Below are positions 33,920 through 49,817 of a stretch of DNA of 64,000 nt, one piece after another. Made by a program: the position numbers and the translations under genes. Location: NCBI RefSeq assembly GCF_009914755.1, contig NC_060932.1, one strand, 5' to 3'. How positions within the stretch are numbered: position 1 is the stretch's first letter; each line of letters opens with the position of its first letter. Origin of the DNA: the human T2T-CHM13v2.0 reference genome, Homo sapiens. The notes beneath the pieces are model-generated. The model ran no database searches and had not been told where the DNA came from. It saw only the letters and a program-made list of their open reading frames with translations.

Positions 33920-34499
33920 CAATCCGCCGAATTTTGGGAGTAATGTATCACACTGCAGTAAATAACTATCAGTGATGACCAAACTGTAACCCTTCGAGAC
34001 CTTGCAGACCAGGCAGCTAACACTTCCCACCCCACCGTCTCAGGAAACACCGCTTTCCACTCCTGTGTCCCCGAAAGGAATCATCAGACATCTCGGACTC
34101 TTACCTTCTCAAGCAACACAACCCACCCTCCTGGCATAGCCCGTTGCCCCCCTGAAACCCTACTCAGCCTCACCTCAACCCCTACGCAATTCCTCTCGGT
34201 TGTCATGCCTCCATCGGCGGGGGTCGAGTGTTGTGTGTGACCCCAGGTCTCTAGCAAGGTATAGTGGGAGGGAAGCATCCAGGGGAAGAGAGGTGGTGGG
34301 ATGGGGCTCTCCCTCTCCCCCATACCGCCACCCTCCCTCACGTCCATATCCTGTCCAAGGCTCTTCCCGCGTCTGCTTCTGAAACCCCTCCACGTCCCTC
34401 CACCCCATGTGCCCCACTCGTTACACAAGAGCAGAGAGATCTGCAGAACATACGTCTACGATTATGCCACTCTTCAGATTTACATCTTGCAGCGACTTC

Positions 34500-36827
<2,328 letters not shown>

Positions 36828-37071
36828 CGTCTCCCCGAACCTGAAACAATCCCCCTCCCTTGGGGTGGTGTAGGGGTTTGTTTTGAGTGCAGAGCCTTTC
36901 CAGGACTTCTGTTGTCAGAGAACCCTGGAGTTGGTCTGTCCCTGGCTGGTCCAAGGATTTGTAGCTGTTGTGAAGGTGTGAGACCATCAGATAGGCAAAA
37001 GACCCCGTTCGTTTTCTGATGAAATGTTCTCTCTTTCAGAAGAGAGAGAGAGGTGCATTTAGAAAATATGC

Positions 37072-37077
37072 AATAAA
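37072..37077 (+). terminator. Candidate proximal polyA signal of C8orf33
   Basis: AATAAA about 245 nt after the stop codon. Confidence 0.55.
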
Positions 37078-37795
37078 TTGAAGTGAGTGTTCAAAGTATT
37101 GTAGAAGGAATATTGTACTCAGTCTTTAGGATTAGATTAAGTGGCTGTTGGTAACAAAGATTAGTGGAGAAGCTGTATAATCGTACACTGGTTTTCACTT
37201 TTGAAAGGAATCCCTGTCAAATGGTTTAGTGCTTAATGCTGTTATGTCATATTGCCCTAATCTCTATTTTTGATAAAATTGGATAAGGAGTGAAAGAGTA
37301 TGCTGACCACCTATGTTAGAGGAAGTACAGAAGATGCAGGGGTGTGGTATCCCTGGGTCCAGTCCCTCACCTGGTACCTTTGTGCATGTTGCCTTCATTC
37401 CTGAGCAGGTATCATCCTCAGGGAACCAGCATGGCACCTACCAGGCCAGGCTCTGTTCTTAGGAGCAAGGAGCTTCTTGCGCTAACAGTTCTGGCCTGAG
37501 ACCTGGATTGAGCCTTGGCAGACTTCTTGTCTAAATGTTGGCCATTCAGTCTCAGGCCCTCTGTTCCATGGAATTGGGAATCTCCAGGTGACCTAATCCT
37601 CATTGGTGGCTTGATGTTTGCTGGTATCTTCCAAACTCAGTTCCCAGACTAGATTGATACCTGGAGCCCAGCTGCCTACTCAGCATTTCCACTTGGGTGC
37701 TTCATAGGCATTTCAAACCTGATGTGTTTAAAACACTTGATTAGGCTCCGGTTTTCCTTTGGCTTCTGCTTTTCAGTGAATGGCATGACTGCCTA

Positions 37796-38788
37796 TGTGG
37801 GTGGCAAGCCACCCAGGTGCCGAGGAAAGAGACTGAGGGCACGAGCTGTTCCAGTATAATAAAATATATAAAATAAGAAGAGTTATACTAGATCTAGATC
37901 ATAGACATGATTATATGTGAGTATCATTAATCATTAGTTTATAGCAATTACTCTTTATTCCAATATTATAATAATCCTCACTCTACAATCATAACCTAGG
38001 AAAAACCAGGCCATACAGAGATAGGAGCCGAGGGGACATAGTGCGAAGTGGCCAGAAGACAAGAGTGTGAGCCTTCTCTTATGCCCGGACAGGGCCACCA
38101 GAGGGCTTGGTCTAGCAGTAACACCAGTGTCTGGGAAGATGCCTGTTGCAAAGTGGACCATGGTCTAGCAGTAGCATCAGTGTCAAGGAAAAACACCCAC
38201 TACTTAGCAGACTGGGAAAAGGAGCCTCCCTTTCCCCGGGGGAGTTTAGAGAAGACTACTCCTCCACCTCTTGTGGAGGGCCTGACATCAGTCAGGCCCG
38301 CCCGCAGTTATCCAGAGGCCTGTCTCCCTGTGATGCTGTGCTTCAGTGGTCACGCTCCTAGTCCGCTTTCATGTTCCATCCTGTATACCTGGCTCTGCCT
38401 TTTAGATAGCAGGAGCAAATTAGTGAAAGTACTAAATGTCTGATATGCAGAAATAATGGCATAAGCTGTCTCTCTCTCTTCTCTCTCTCTCTGCCTCTGC
38501 TGCCAGGCAGGGAAGGGCCCCCTGTCCAGTGGACACATGACCCATGTGACCTTACCTATTATTGGAGATGGTTCACATTCCTTACCCTGCCCCTTTGTCT
38601 TATATCCAATAAATATCAGTGCAGCCTGGCATTTGGGGCCACTACTGGTCTCCGCGTCTTGGTGGTAGTGGTCCCCCAGGCCCAGGTGTCTTTTCTTTTA
38701 TCTCTTTGTCTTGTGTCTTTATTTCTACAATCTCTCATCTCTGCACATGGGGAGAAAACCCACTGACCCTGTGGGGCTGGACCCTACA
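37796..38788 (+). mobile_element. MER11 5' LTR
   Basis: Homologous to 48470-49470, with AATAAA at 38608. Confidence 0.9.
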
Positions 38789-38938
38789 TCTGGCGCTCTG
38801 ATGTGGGGCTCTCCCTCGCTGTGTGAGGTTGCACTCTGAGTGCGGGATTCAGCGGAGGATTTTGACAAGAGATTCCTGAGGATTGCTGTTAGTAAGCTTG
38901 GTGGTAAGCTTGAGCACTCAGAGTATTCTGGGGACACC

Positions 38939-41900
38939 ATGGTACAAGCCAGTACTAAGTACTCAGCTTATTTAAATTTTATAAAAACTCTTCTTAAAGA
39001 AGGAGGGGTTTAAGTTTCTACTGAAAAGTTAATTGAACTATTTGCGGTTGTAAATCTTCTTTGCCCTTGGTTTCCGACTGAGGGAACTTGAGAACTTAAA
39101 GATTGGGATGAGATCGGCCAACAATTCAAAATTGCTCATAAAGGGGGACATTTTATTCCACCCACCATTTGGTCAATCTGGGCTTCGGTTCGCTCTGTCC
39201 TAGACTCCTTACAGACTCAGGACAGCATGGAGACTGATCCCTCTTTCCTCTCCCTGAGGAGGGCGAGGAATTTCTCACTTCTCTTTCCCCTGAGGATACT
39301 GCACAAATTGAGACCATAATTTCACAGGCGGAATTCCACTCTGACATGCCTGTGCCGCCACCACGTATGCAAGAGGCTACCGCACCCCCGTTGTCGCTTT
39401 ATGATGATCTTTTAACTGACCCGAATGAACTTATTTCCCCCAACCAGCAAAACTCAGCTGAAACATGCCAACAACCATTGTGGACGCACCCCCCTGCTTC
39501 TCCTCACCCTGTCAACGCTGCCACCCTGCAGACAGAGGATGAGATCAGGCAGCCTGAAAACGAGGCTATAAATTGTTTCCATGCAGCCCGGTACAGAGGC
39601 TCTGATACCTGAACAGCCCGGAGAGGAGGCTTTCAATTCTCGGCCAGGTAATGAGGCCCGCAACGATATCCCTCCACAGCCTGGTTTTCTCATGCCTGGT
39701 CTTTTCCCCCCAATCAGACTCCGGTAGAACCACAGGCTCCCTTCAGGCCTGGTTCCTTTACTCCTAATCAGACTCGCTTAGAGTCATAGGCTCCCTTGAG
39801 ACCTGGTTCTTTTCCTCCTACTCAGACTCGGCAAGAGTCACAGGCTGCCTTGAAGCCTGGTTCCTTTCCTCCTAATCAGACTTGGCTAGAATCACAGGCT
39901 CCCTTGAAGCCAGGTTCTCTTTCTCCTAATCAGACGTGGGTAGAGTCACAGGCTCCCTTGAAGCCTGGCTGCTTTCCTCCTATTCAGACTCAGTTAGAGT
40001 CACATGCTCCCTTGAGGCGTGGTTCCTTTCCTACTATTCAAATTCGGTTAGAGTCACAGGCTCCCTTGAGGCCTGGTTCCTTTCCTCCTACACAGACTCG
40101 GCTAGAGCCACAGGCTCCCTTGAGTCCTGGTTCCTTTCCTCCTAGTCAGACTCAGAGTCACAGGCTCCATTAAAGTCACAGGCTCCCTTGAGGCCTGATT
40201 CCTCCTAATCAGACTCAGTTAGAGTCACATGCTCCCTTGAGGTGCTGTTCCTTTCCTCCTACTCAGACTCAGAGACACAGGTTCCCTTGAGTCCTGGTTC
40301 CTTTCCTCCTAATCAGTCTCCATTAGAGTCACAGGATCCCTTGAGGCCTGGTTCCTTTTCTCCTAATCAGACTGGGTTAGAGTCACAGGCTCCCTTGAGG
40401 CCTGGTTCCTTTCCTTCTACTCAGACTCGGTTAGAATCACAGGCTCTGTTAAAGTCACAGGCTCTCTTGAGGCCTGGTTCCTTTCCTCCTAATGAGACTC
40501 GGTTAGAGTCACAGGCTCCCTTGAGGCACTGTTCCTTTCCTACTACTGAGACTCAGTTAGAGTCACAGGCTCCCTTGAAGCCAGGTTCTTTTCCTCATAA
40601 TCAGACTCAGGTAGAGTCACAGGCTGCTTTGAATCCTGGTTGCTTTCCTCCTAATCAGACTTGTTTAGAGTCACAGGCTCCTTCAAGGCGTGGTTCGTTT
40701 CCTGCTACTCAGACTCAACAAGAGTCACAGGCTCCCTTGAGGCCTGGTTCCTTTCCTTCTAATCAGACTAGTCTAGAGTCACAGGCTCCCTTGAAGCCAG
40801 TTTCCTTTCCTCCTAATCAGACAGGGCTAGAGTTGCAGGCTCTCTTGAGTCCTGTTTTCTTTCCTCCTAATGAGACTCGGCTGGAGTCACAGGCTCCCTT
40901 GAAGCCTGGTTCCTTTCCTCCTACTTGGGCTCAGCTACAGTCACAGACTTCCTTGAAGCCTGGTCCATAGTTGCCATGGTAACCTGGCTTTCAGGCCCAT
41001 GAAAGACCTGCTTAGCAGGTAATCTCTTCTCATCCTGGCTTTCAGGTTCTCAACTCTCCCTCTATTCAAAATTCCCACTTTTTTTCTGCTCCTTGTCCAG
41101 TCGCTATTGCTGTTGCCAACACTACCATTGCCTCGCAAAAACAACAAGTTACATGTATCTTTGAAAATGACACTCCACTTATGAGGGATATAGCTCAGGC
41201 AAGGGAATACAGGGATCCTGAAGCCTGGCAATTTCCTGTAGTTTTACAACGTACACTACCTGCCACCCCAGCAGCACAAAATCACCCACAGCCCATTGTT
41301 GATCCTGCTCAGCAGGCGGCTGACCCCGCTGCTTATCAAGATCAAGACGCTGATAATCATGCCCTTCAGCCCGACAGGCTGCTCAGAGTAATAATGAGGC
41401 TCCGCAATTGCCTGCCGCTGGGGCACAGCCTGTATCTGGCATTCCAGCTCTTCAGGTGGTAGTTCAACCTGACCCCATACATCCAGGTCAAGTTCAGCTA
41501 TACCCTGCTACTTGCGAAAGTTTTTCTTTTAAATTTCTCAAAGAGTTCAAGGAATCAGTAGAACAATATGGCACCAACTCTCCTTTTGTCATTTCCACAT
41601 TAAAAGCCCTGGCAGAAGGTGAATGTTTGGTTCCCTATGACTGGGAAATTTTAGCAAAGTCAGTCTTACCTAAGTCCCAGTATTTACAATTCAGGACTTG
41701 GTGGGTTGATGCTGTCCAGTAATGCATTTGTCTTAATCAGGGTTCTAATCCTCCTGCTAATGTTACGGCTGACCAGTTACTGGGAGTGGGTCTGTGGGCT
41801 GCAATTCGACACCAAACTATACTAAATGATGAGATTATTGAACAATTGCGGAAATGTTGCTTAAATGCTTAGGACAAGATTCAAGATGATGGTAAAGTAT

Positions 41901-42556
41901 GCCCATCTTTCATGGCCATCAGACAGGGACAACATGAACCCTACTCAGACTTTATTGCTCATCTCCAGGACACAGCAGAAAAGGCTATCCCTGATAGCCA
42001 TGGCCAATGACTTGTAGAACTCATGGCTTATGAACAAGCAAATCCAGATTGTCAGGCGGCTTTTCTTCCCGTCAAAGGCAAAATTCCACCAGGTGGTGAA
42101 ATACTCACCTCCTACATTAAAGCCTGTGAAGGGGTGGGAGGAACTCTGCATACAGCAATGATCATGGCATGAGCTATGGCCTCTATTAGAATGCCTGGAC
42201 AATTCTCTGGCCAATGCTTTATATGCGGCCAGAAAGGACATATAAAAAGAAATTCCCCCCGGCGTACAAGTCGCCGTTCTTTACAACACCACCAACAACA
42301 AAAAATTTTTCAGCAACCAAAAGTCCCAGCTTCTACTTTATGCCCATCATTCCGAAAGGGAATTCACTGGGCCACTCACTGTCATTCAAGATTTGATATT
42401 GATGGTTATCCTTTACAGCCTCTTAACATCCAGGAAAACAGGATGAGGGGCCGGACCCAGGCCCCTCTAAACAATGAGGCACTCCTCAGCTCCCAGCCCC
42501 CAGCGTCCAGCCAGACGGGAGCCTTCCCAGTCCAATCCATTCAACCTCCATCCTGA
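38939..42556 (+). pseudogene. HML-8 gag, disrupted
   Basis: ATG 38939 MVQASTKYSAYLNFIK; ATAPP late-domain-like motif; CA motifs QYGTNSPF and PYDWEILAK; degenerate zinc knuckles CFICGQKGH and CPSFRKGIHWATHC. Confidence 0.88.
39690..40968 (+). repeat. 54-bp VNTR (about 23 copies) in HML-8 gag, encoding ESQAPLRPGSFPPNQTRL
   Basis: Unit gagtcacaggctcccttgaggcctggttcctttcctcctaatcagactcggtta. ORFs 39796-40173 and 40242-40970 translate it. Confidence 0.93.
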
Positions 42557-42599
42557 TTCCCACTTCAGCAATTTGTGCCACAAGATCTAACGGCTTAGC

Positions 42600-43530
42600 C
42601 CCAGCACGAATCTCAGTACAATGCTTGTCCCCCACCACCACAGGATCAGCGGCAGTGGATCTCTGTTGTACCAGAGATATTTCTTTGTTGCCTGGAGAGC
42701 CACGTATTGCTGTTCCCACTGGTGTTTTTGGTCCCTTGCCGACTGGCAGTGTCGGTTTGCTACTGGGTCATTCAAGTCTAAACTTAAAAGGTGTTCAAGT
42801 ACATACTGGTGTAATTGATTCTGAATATTCAGGTGAAATTCATATTGTCATTAGCTCTACAGTCCCTTGGAATGTGGCAGCTGGGGACTGCATTGCTCAA
42901 CTTCTGATACTTCCTTACATTCCTTTAGGATCCAGTTCTTGTACGAGAAACGGAGGTTTTGGTAGCACAGATTATCAAGGTAAAGCAGCTTATTGGGCCA
43001 GCAAAATTTCTGACACTCATCCTGTGTGCCCCGTGCATATTCAGGAGAGAAAGTTTGAGGGAATCATTGATAGGGGCGCTGATGTTTCTATTATCGCTTT
43101 ACATCAATGGCCCCGACATTGGCCAGAGAAGCATGCGTCCACAGGATTAGTTGGTGTTGGTCAGGCTTCAGAAGTATATGAAAGTTCCACAATTTTACAT
43201 TGCACAAGCCCTGAAGGACCCTGCCACCACAGGATCAGCAGCAGTAGATCTCTGTTGTACCAGAGATATTTCTATTGGAAATATTGGAACTATTGGAACT
43301 ATTTGCCCCCTCATTACACGCATTCCTGTTAACCTATGGGAAAGAGATCTTTTATATCAGTGGGGGGCACAGATTTCTTTTCCGGAAGGCAATGACAGCC
43401 AGCAGAGTAAAGATGTTATGACCAAAATGGGATTTGTTCAAGGTATGGGCTTAGGAAAATTAGCACAAGGCATCACCGAGCCTATTATACCTACTGATGA
43501 ATCAGACTACAGGACTTGGTTATTCTTTTT
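42600..43530 (+). pseudogene. HML-8 pro (dUTPase, protease, G-patch)
   Basis: dUTPase motifs GSAAVDL, GVIDSEYSGEI and RNGGFGST; protease IIDRGADVS (DTG mutated); G-patch [11 protein letters not shown]. Confidence 0.88.
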
Positions 43531-46490
43531 AGAAGCGGTCACTATCAAGCCTGCAGATCCCATCCCTTTGACCTGGAAAACTCAGAAACCGGTCTGGGTA
43601 GATCAGTGGCCGTTCCCAAAAAATAAGCTGGAGGCACTTCATATTTTGGTTCTTGAACAGTTAAAATTGGGACACATCGAATCCTCTTTTTCTCCCTGGT
43701 ATTCACCTGTCTTTGTTATCCCAAAGAAATCTGGTAAGTGGCGAATGCTTACTGATCTTAAGGTGGTAAATGCTGTCCGTCAGCCTATGGGAACATTACA
43801 ACCCAGTTTGCCCTCCCCCACTATGATTCCTGAGTATTGGCCACTTATCATCATTGACCTTAAAGATTGCTTCTTTACCATTCCTGTGGCCCCTCAGGAC
43901 TTTGAAAAATTTGCTTCGTTGTTCCAGCCCTTAACAACATCACTCCTGCAGCACGTTACCATTGGAAAGTCCTACCTCAAGGTATGCTTAATAGCCCTAC
44001 TATTTGTCAATATTATGTGGGATGCATATTAAAGCCAGTAAGAGATTAATTTCCCCAATGTTATGTTATTCATTACACAGATGATATTCTTTGTGCAGCA
44101 CCTTCATGCTCTGTATTAATATCTTGGTTTTCTGCATTACAACAAGCAGTTACAGCAGCTGGCTTGGTTATCGCTCCAAAAAAATTCAGACTTCTTACCC
44201 TTATCACTAGGAATGCAGCTAGAGGACAAGGTCATTAAGCCTCAAAAAGTTCAACTCAGATGAGACTCCCTAAAAACTCTAAATGATTTCCAAAAATTAC
44301 TAGGAGACATTAATCGGATTCCTCCCTCCTTAGGCATTCCTACTTATGCTATGTCTAATCTTTTTGCAACGTTGTGGGGCAATCCTGATTTATGCAGCAA
44401 AAGGTCCTTGACTCCTGAGGCAGATTCTGAATTACAATTTATAGAAAAATGCATTCAACAGTCTCAGGTTACCAGAGTGAATCCACATTTACCTTTTGAA
44501 ATGTTGATAGATAGTGTAAACTTCTACTGGGGAGTCCATCCAGGAGACAGACCGAATTAAAGGGGGAAAAGGAACATATGCCCAGTAAGTATAATTTTGA
44601 GTTGCCCCAACTGGTGGTATACTTACGGCTGCACTGACTACCATAAAGGCAGCCAGAATTATATTACCCGTCGTTTCTGGAATTTCTTTTTCTTTTAATA
44701 AATTTTCCTACTTAACCCAGTAGCAAACGACCCAGTAGCAAACCGACACTGCCAGTCGGCAAGGGACCAAAAACACCTGTGGGAACAGCAATAGGTGGCT
44801 CTCCAGGCAGCAGAGAAATATCTCTGGTGCAACAGAGATCTACTGACGCTGATCCTGTGGTGGCAGGGGGCAGTAATGTTCCTACTTAACATTCACCAAC
44901 AGGACTCATTATTCAGGGACATAATTTAATTGAATGGTGTTTTCTTCCACACAGCTCTTTATGGACACTAACTATTTACCTAGATCAAATTTCTATCTTA
45001 ATTGGTCAGGCTCATTCTCGTGTCCTTCGTCTTTTGGGTACAGAGCCCCAAAAAATCATTGTTCCCCTTACCCAGTTACAAGTTGAACAGGCTTTTGCTA
45101 CTTGCATCACTTGGCAAGTACATTTGGCAGGTTTCTCGGGTATAATTGATAATCATTATCCTAATGCGAAATTATTTCAGTTCCTTAAACTCACTTCTTG
45201 GATTTTTCCTAACATTACTAGAAACACCCCATTAGCTGAAGCTGTCACTGTTTTTTCTGATGCTTCCTGTAATGGCCGAGCAGCATATACAGGGTCAAGA
45301 GAACGTGTTCTTAGCACAGGGGCTATTTCAGCACAACGAGCTGAGCTGCTTGCTTTATGGCTGTCCTTGAAGATATCCCTAAAACAGTTAACATTGTCTC
45401 TGACTCAGCTTATGTAGTACATGTTGCTGGCAACATTGAAACTGCCTTGATCAAATTTCTTCCTGATGATAACCTACTCATTCTTTTTCAAAGGTTTCAG
45501 TCTGTGATCAGAGCAAGGTCTTCTCCTTTCTACATTACTCACATTCGGGCCCACACATCCCTCCCTGGACCCCTCTCGGCAGCAAATGCCTGAGCTGATA
45601 CTCCCGTTTTTACAGATGCAGAAAATTTTCATGCCTTAACTCACGTCAATGCTGTGGGACTCCAAAAAAAGTTCCCCCACATGGAAACAAGCTAAAACCA
45701 TTGTGCGCCACTGTCCTACTTGCCAAGTGTTAATTTTACAGCCACTGTCTTCAGGAGTTAACCCTAGAGGACTTTCACAGAACCCTCTCTGGCAAATGGA
45801 CGTGACTCATTATCCTGCTTTTGGCAAGCTCTCTTTTATACATGTAACTATCGACACTTTTTCTCATTTTATCTGGGCCACTTGTCACCCAGGGGAAAGT
45901 ACAGCTCATGGTAAACGACATGTGCTTTCATGTTTCTCGGTTATGGGCTGTCCTGAGAAACTGAAAACTGATAACGGCCCCGGCTACACTGGTGCTGCTT
46001 TTAAAAAGTTCACTCAAACATGGGCAATTACTCACACAACTGGCATCCCCTGTAACTCTCAAGGACAGGCCTTGGTGGAATGAGCCAATAAAACACTCAA
46101 AAATCAACTTTGAAAACAGGACACTAAAACAAAGAGGGATGCTGCTACTCCTCATGCTCAATTAAATCTGGCTCTTTTTACCCTAAATTTCTTAAACATA
46201 GCAAGAAATCAACCTTTTTCCACAGCAGAACAATATTTCACTGGAAATAAATTTGATCCACAAAAAGGAATGCGGGTATGGTGAAAATATTCAAAAACTA
46301 ACAATGGGACTTAGGCACAGTTGTAACATGGGGTAGGGGTTTTGCTTGTGTTTCCCCAGGAAAAGGACTACAGCCCATGTGGGTCCCCTCCCGACAATTA
46401 AAATTGTACCATAACTCCAAAGATGAAACGCTCCCGGAAACAAAAGGCAAAGACTCCTCAAACCAAAGAGCAACTTTTGCTGCCTGACAC
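43530..46490 (+). pseudogene. HML-8 pol, disrupted, with an inverted insert at 44512-44870
   Basis: [36 protein letters not shown] and KTDNGP. Confidence 0.88.
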
Positions 46491-46499
46491 ATAAACTTC

Positions 46500-48454
46500 A
46501 TGACCTCGACATTGAGACAAGATCTCGCCATGTGACATATAACACCTCTCATTAAACTCCACCAACATGGGGTCAAATAAAAGTTTTGTCTCATCAAACA
46601 GAAAATTTATTAAAAGAAAAAGGAATCCCAGAAACAACAGGTAATATAATTCTGGCTGCCTTTATGGTAGTCAGTGCAGCCATAAGTATACCACCGGTTG
46701 GGGCAACTCAAAATTATACTTACTGGGCATATGTTCCTTTTCCCCCTTTAATTTGGTCTGTCTCCTGGATGGACTCCCCAGTAGAAGTTTACACTAATAA
46801 TAGTGCATTCATCCCAGTCCCTAATGATGATAGGTTTCCAGCTCAACCGGAAGATGAAAGTATGCACTTTAATCTGTCAATTGGCTATAAATATCCACCA
46901 CTATGCATTGGGATGTCTTCTGGCTGTTTAGCTTATTCTTACCAGAATTGGATGTGGACCGTACCGTCCTTTACAAATGATTCTTATCGAGTATATAATG
47001 TGTTCAATACCAATTCTTTTCAAGTTCTCACTGTCAAACTTAATCCACCTGAGGAATGGAGAGTTCCTGTCACTACTAAAATTAATAAAAGGACTGCCAG
47101 ACTGACCAAAGAAACCTACAAAGCGACCTTTTATAGTGACTTCAATTTTATGGAATAATTGTAATGCTCCCAAGGCTGTTGTGCTCCAAAGTCTAGCCAC
47201 GGGTATTGTTATTGGTTGGGCTCCAAAAGGGCATTAGTGGCAAGATTGCTTTGGCAAAAAAACCTCATGCTCGGAGTTTAATTATTTGTTAGATTATATA
47301 GATGATGGATGGCAGTCATACAGGTTGAGACAATGGGTGTCTCCTTACCCATTTAAATGGATGGCTGCAGGCATTGTTCTTCCTAGACCAAAAATGATTC
47401 ATCCCTTTGTTACCCCAGAACATCCTGAATTATGGAAATTAGCTGCAGCTATGACAGGAATAAGGATATGGAACACTACCTATCAACTCCTTCACACTAA
47501 TACCAAAACACCCACATTCAACATCACCTTGATATCTGAACAGATGATACTCATCAGGAGCTGTGTCAAACCCCCTTACGTGCTGTTGGTTGGAAATATA
47601 ATTATCATTCCCAATACACAAACTACAGAATGTGATAAGTGTAAGCTGTTCACGTGCATTGATGCTACTTTTAATCCCACAACAAGTATTCTCTTGGTAA
47701 GGGCTAGGGAGGGGTATGGATACCAGTTTCTTTACATCGTCCTTGGGAGTCTTCCCCCTCTATACACATAGTCAATGAAGTTCTTAAAGGTATCCTCAAA
47801 AGAACAAAGGGATTTATTTTTACTCTTGTTACAGTCCTTGCAGGTCTAATTGCAGTTACTGCAACAGTGGCAACCGCTGGAGTTGCCATCCACAATTCTG
47901 TTCAAACCACTCAATATGTTGAAGCATGGCAAAAAAATGCCTCCAGACCTTGGAATTCTCAGGCTCAAATTGATCAAAAATTAGCTAATCAAATTAATGA
48001 TGTTCACCAGAGTGTAATCTGGCTGGGAGACAGAGTTACGAATTTGGAACATTGTATGCAATTACAGTGTGATTGGAATACTTCTGATTATTGCATAATG
48101 CCTTATGCTTGTAATAAAGATCAGCATAGCTGGGAAAAGGTCTCAAGACAGTTAAAAGCCTGGGATGATAACTTAACCTTGGATATTTCAAAATTTAAAG
48201 AGCAAATTTTCGAGGCTTCACAAGCTCATTTATCCACTGTTTCTGGCTCAGACATTTTTGAAGGAATAACTAAAGAACTATCTGATCTTAATCCCTTTAA
48301 ATGGATCAAACCCCTCGGAGGATCATTGTTGTCACTGGCATTATTAATATTGGTATGCTTATGTTGTCTCCTTTTAGTCTGCAGATGCCTCCAAGAAGTC
48401 CAAAAACAAGTCCGAAGTCCGACGAGCAATGGTGGCGATGGCGATTCTAGTTAA
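46500..48454 (+). pseudogene. HML-8 env, disrupted
   Basis: [31 protein letters not shown] and TM segment [12 protein letters not shown], with stops and frameshifts. Confidence 0.88.
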
Positions 48455-48469
48455 TAAAAAGGGGGGAGA

Positions 48470-49470
48470 TGTGGGCGGCAAGCCACCCAGGTGCTGAGGC
48501 AAGAGACCGAGGGCACAAGCTGTTCCAGTATAATAAAATATATAAAATAAGAATAGTTATACTAGATATAGATCATAGAGATGATTATATATGAATATCA
48601 TTAATCATTAGTTTGTAGCAATTACTGTTTATTCCAATATTATAATAATCCTCACTCTACAATCATAACCTAGGGAAAACCAGGCCATACAGAGATAAGA
48701 GCTGAGGGGACATAGTGAAAAGTGACCAAAAGACAAGAGTGTGAGCCTTCTCTTATGCCCAGACAGGGCCACCAGAGGGCTCCTTAGTCTAACGGTAACG
48801 CCAGCATCTGGGAAGATGCCCGTTGCCAAGCGGACCATGGTCTAGTGGTAGTATCAGTGTCAAGGAAAAACACCCACTACTTAGCCGACCAGGAAAGGGA
48901 GTCTCCCTTTCCCTGGGGGAGTTTAGAGAAGACTCTACTCCTCCACCTCTTGTGGAGGGCCTGACATCAGTCAGGCCCACCCGCAGTTATCCGGAGGCCT
49001 AGCCATCTCCCTGTGATGCTGTGCTTCAGTGGTCATGCTCCTAGTCTGCCGTCATGTTCCATCCTGTACACCTGGCTCTGCCTTTTCGGTAACAGTAGCA
49101 AAATTAGTGAAAGTACTAAAAGTCTCTGATATGCAGAAATAATGGCGTAAGCTGTCTCTCTCCTCTTTCTCTCTGCCTCGGCTGCCAGGCAAGGAAGGGC
49201 CCCCTGTCCAGTGGACACATAAGCCACATGACCTTACTTATGACTGGAGATGGCTCACACTCCTTACTCTGCCCCTTTGTCTTGTATCCAATAAATATCA
49301 GCGCAGCCTGGCATTCAGGGCCACTACAGGTCTCCGCATCTTGGTGGTAGTGGTCCCCCAGGCCCAGCTGTCTTTTCTTTTATCTCTTTGTGTTGTATCT
49401 TTATTTCTCCAATCTCTTGTCTCTGCACACGGGGAGAAAACCCACCGACCCTGTGGGGCTGGACCCTACA
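48470..49470 (+). mobile_element. MER11 3' LTR
   Basis: Homologous to the 5' LTR. Confidence 0.9.
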
Positions 49471-49539
49471 TGCCTGTCTAGTTGATTTGGCAGCAAGCCT
49501 GTGTCATCCTCAATTGCTGTCTCCCCAGCACTGCATACT

Positions 49540-49817
<278 letters not shown>

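Larger units (their letters stand above)
37796..49470 (+). mobile_element. HERV-K(HML-8)/HERV-K11 provirus with MER11 LTRs (11.7 kb)
   Basis: LTRs at 37796-38788 and 48470-49470 (TGTGGG..GGCAAGCCACCCAGG...CCCTACA). TSD tgccta / tgcctg, Lys-type PBS TGGCGCTCTGATGTGGGGC at 38791, polypurine tract 48456-48469, and gag-pro-pol-env order. Confidence 0.92.

Noticed and set aside
39690-40968. Regular repeat array considered as CRISPR-like or a mucin-like host gene
   Set aside because: It has no unique spacers. It is a head-to-tail tandem repeat inside retroviral gag in a primate genome.
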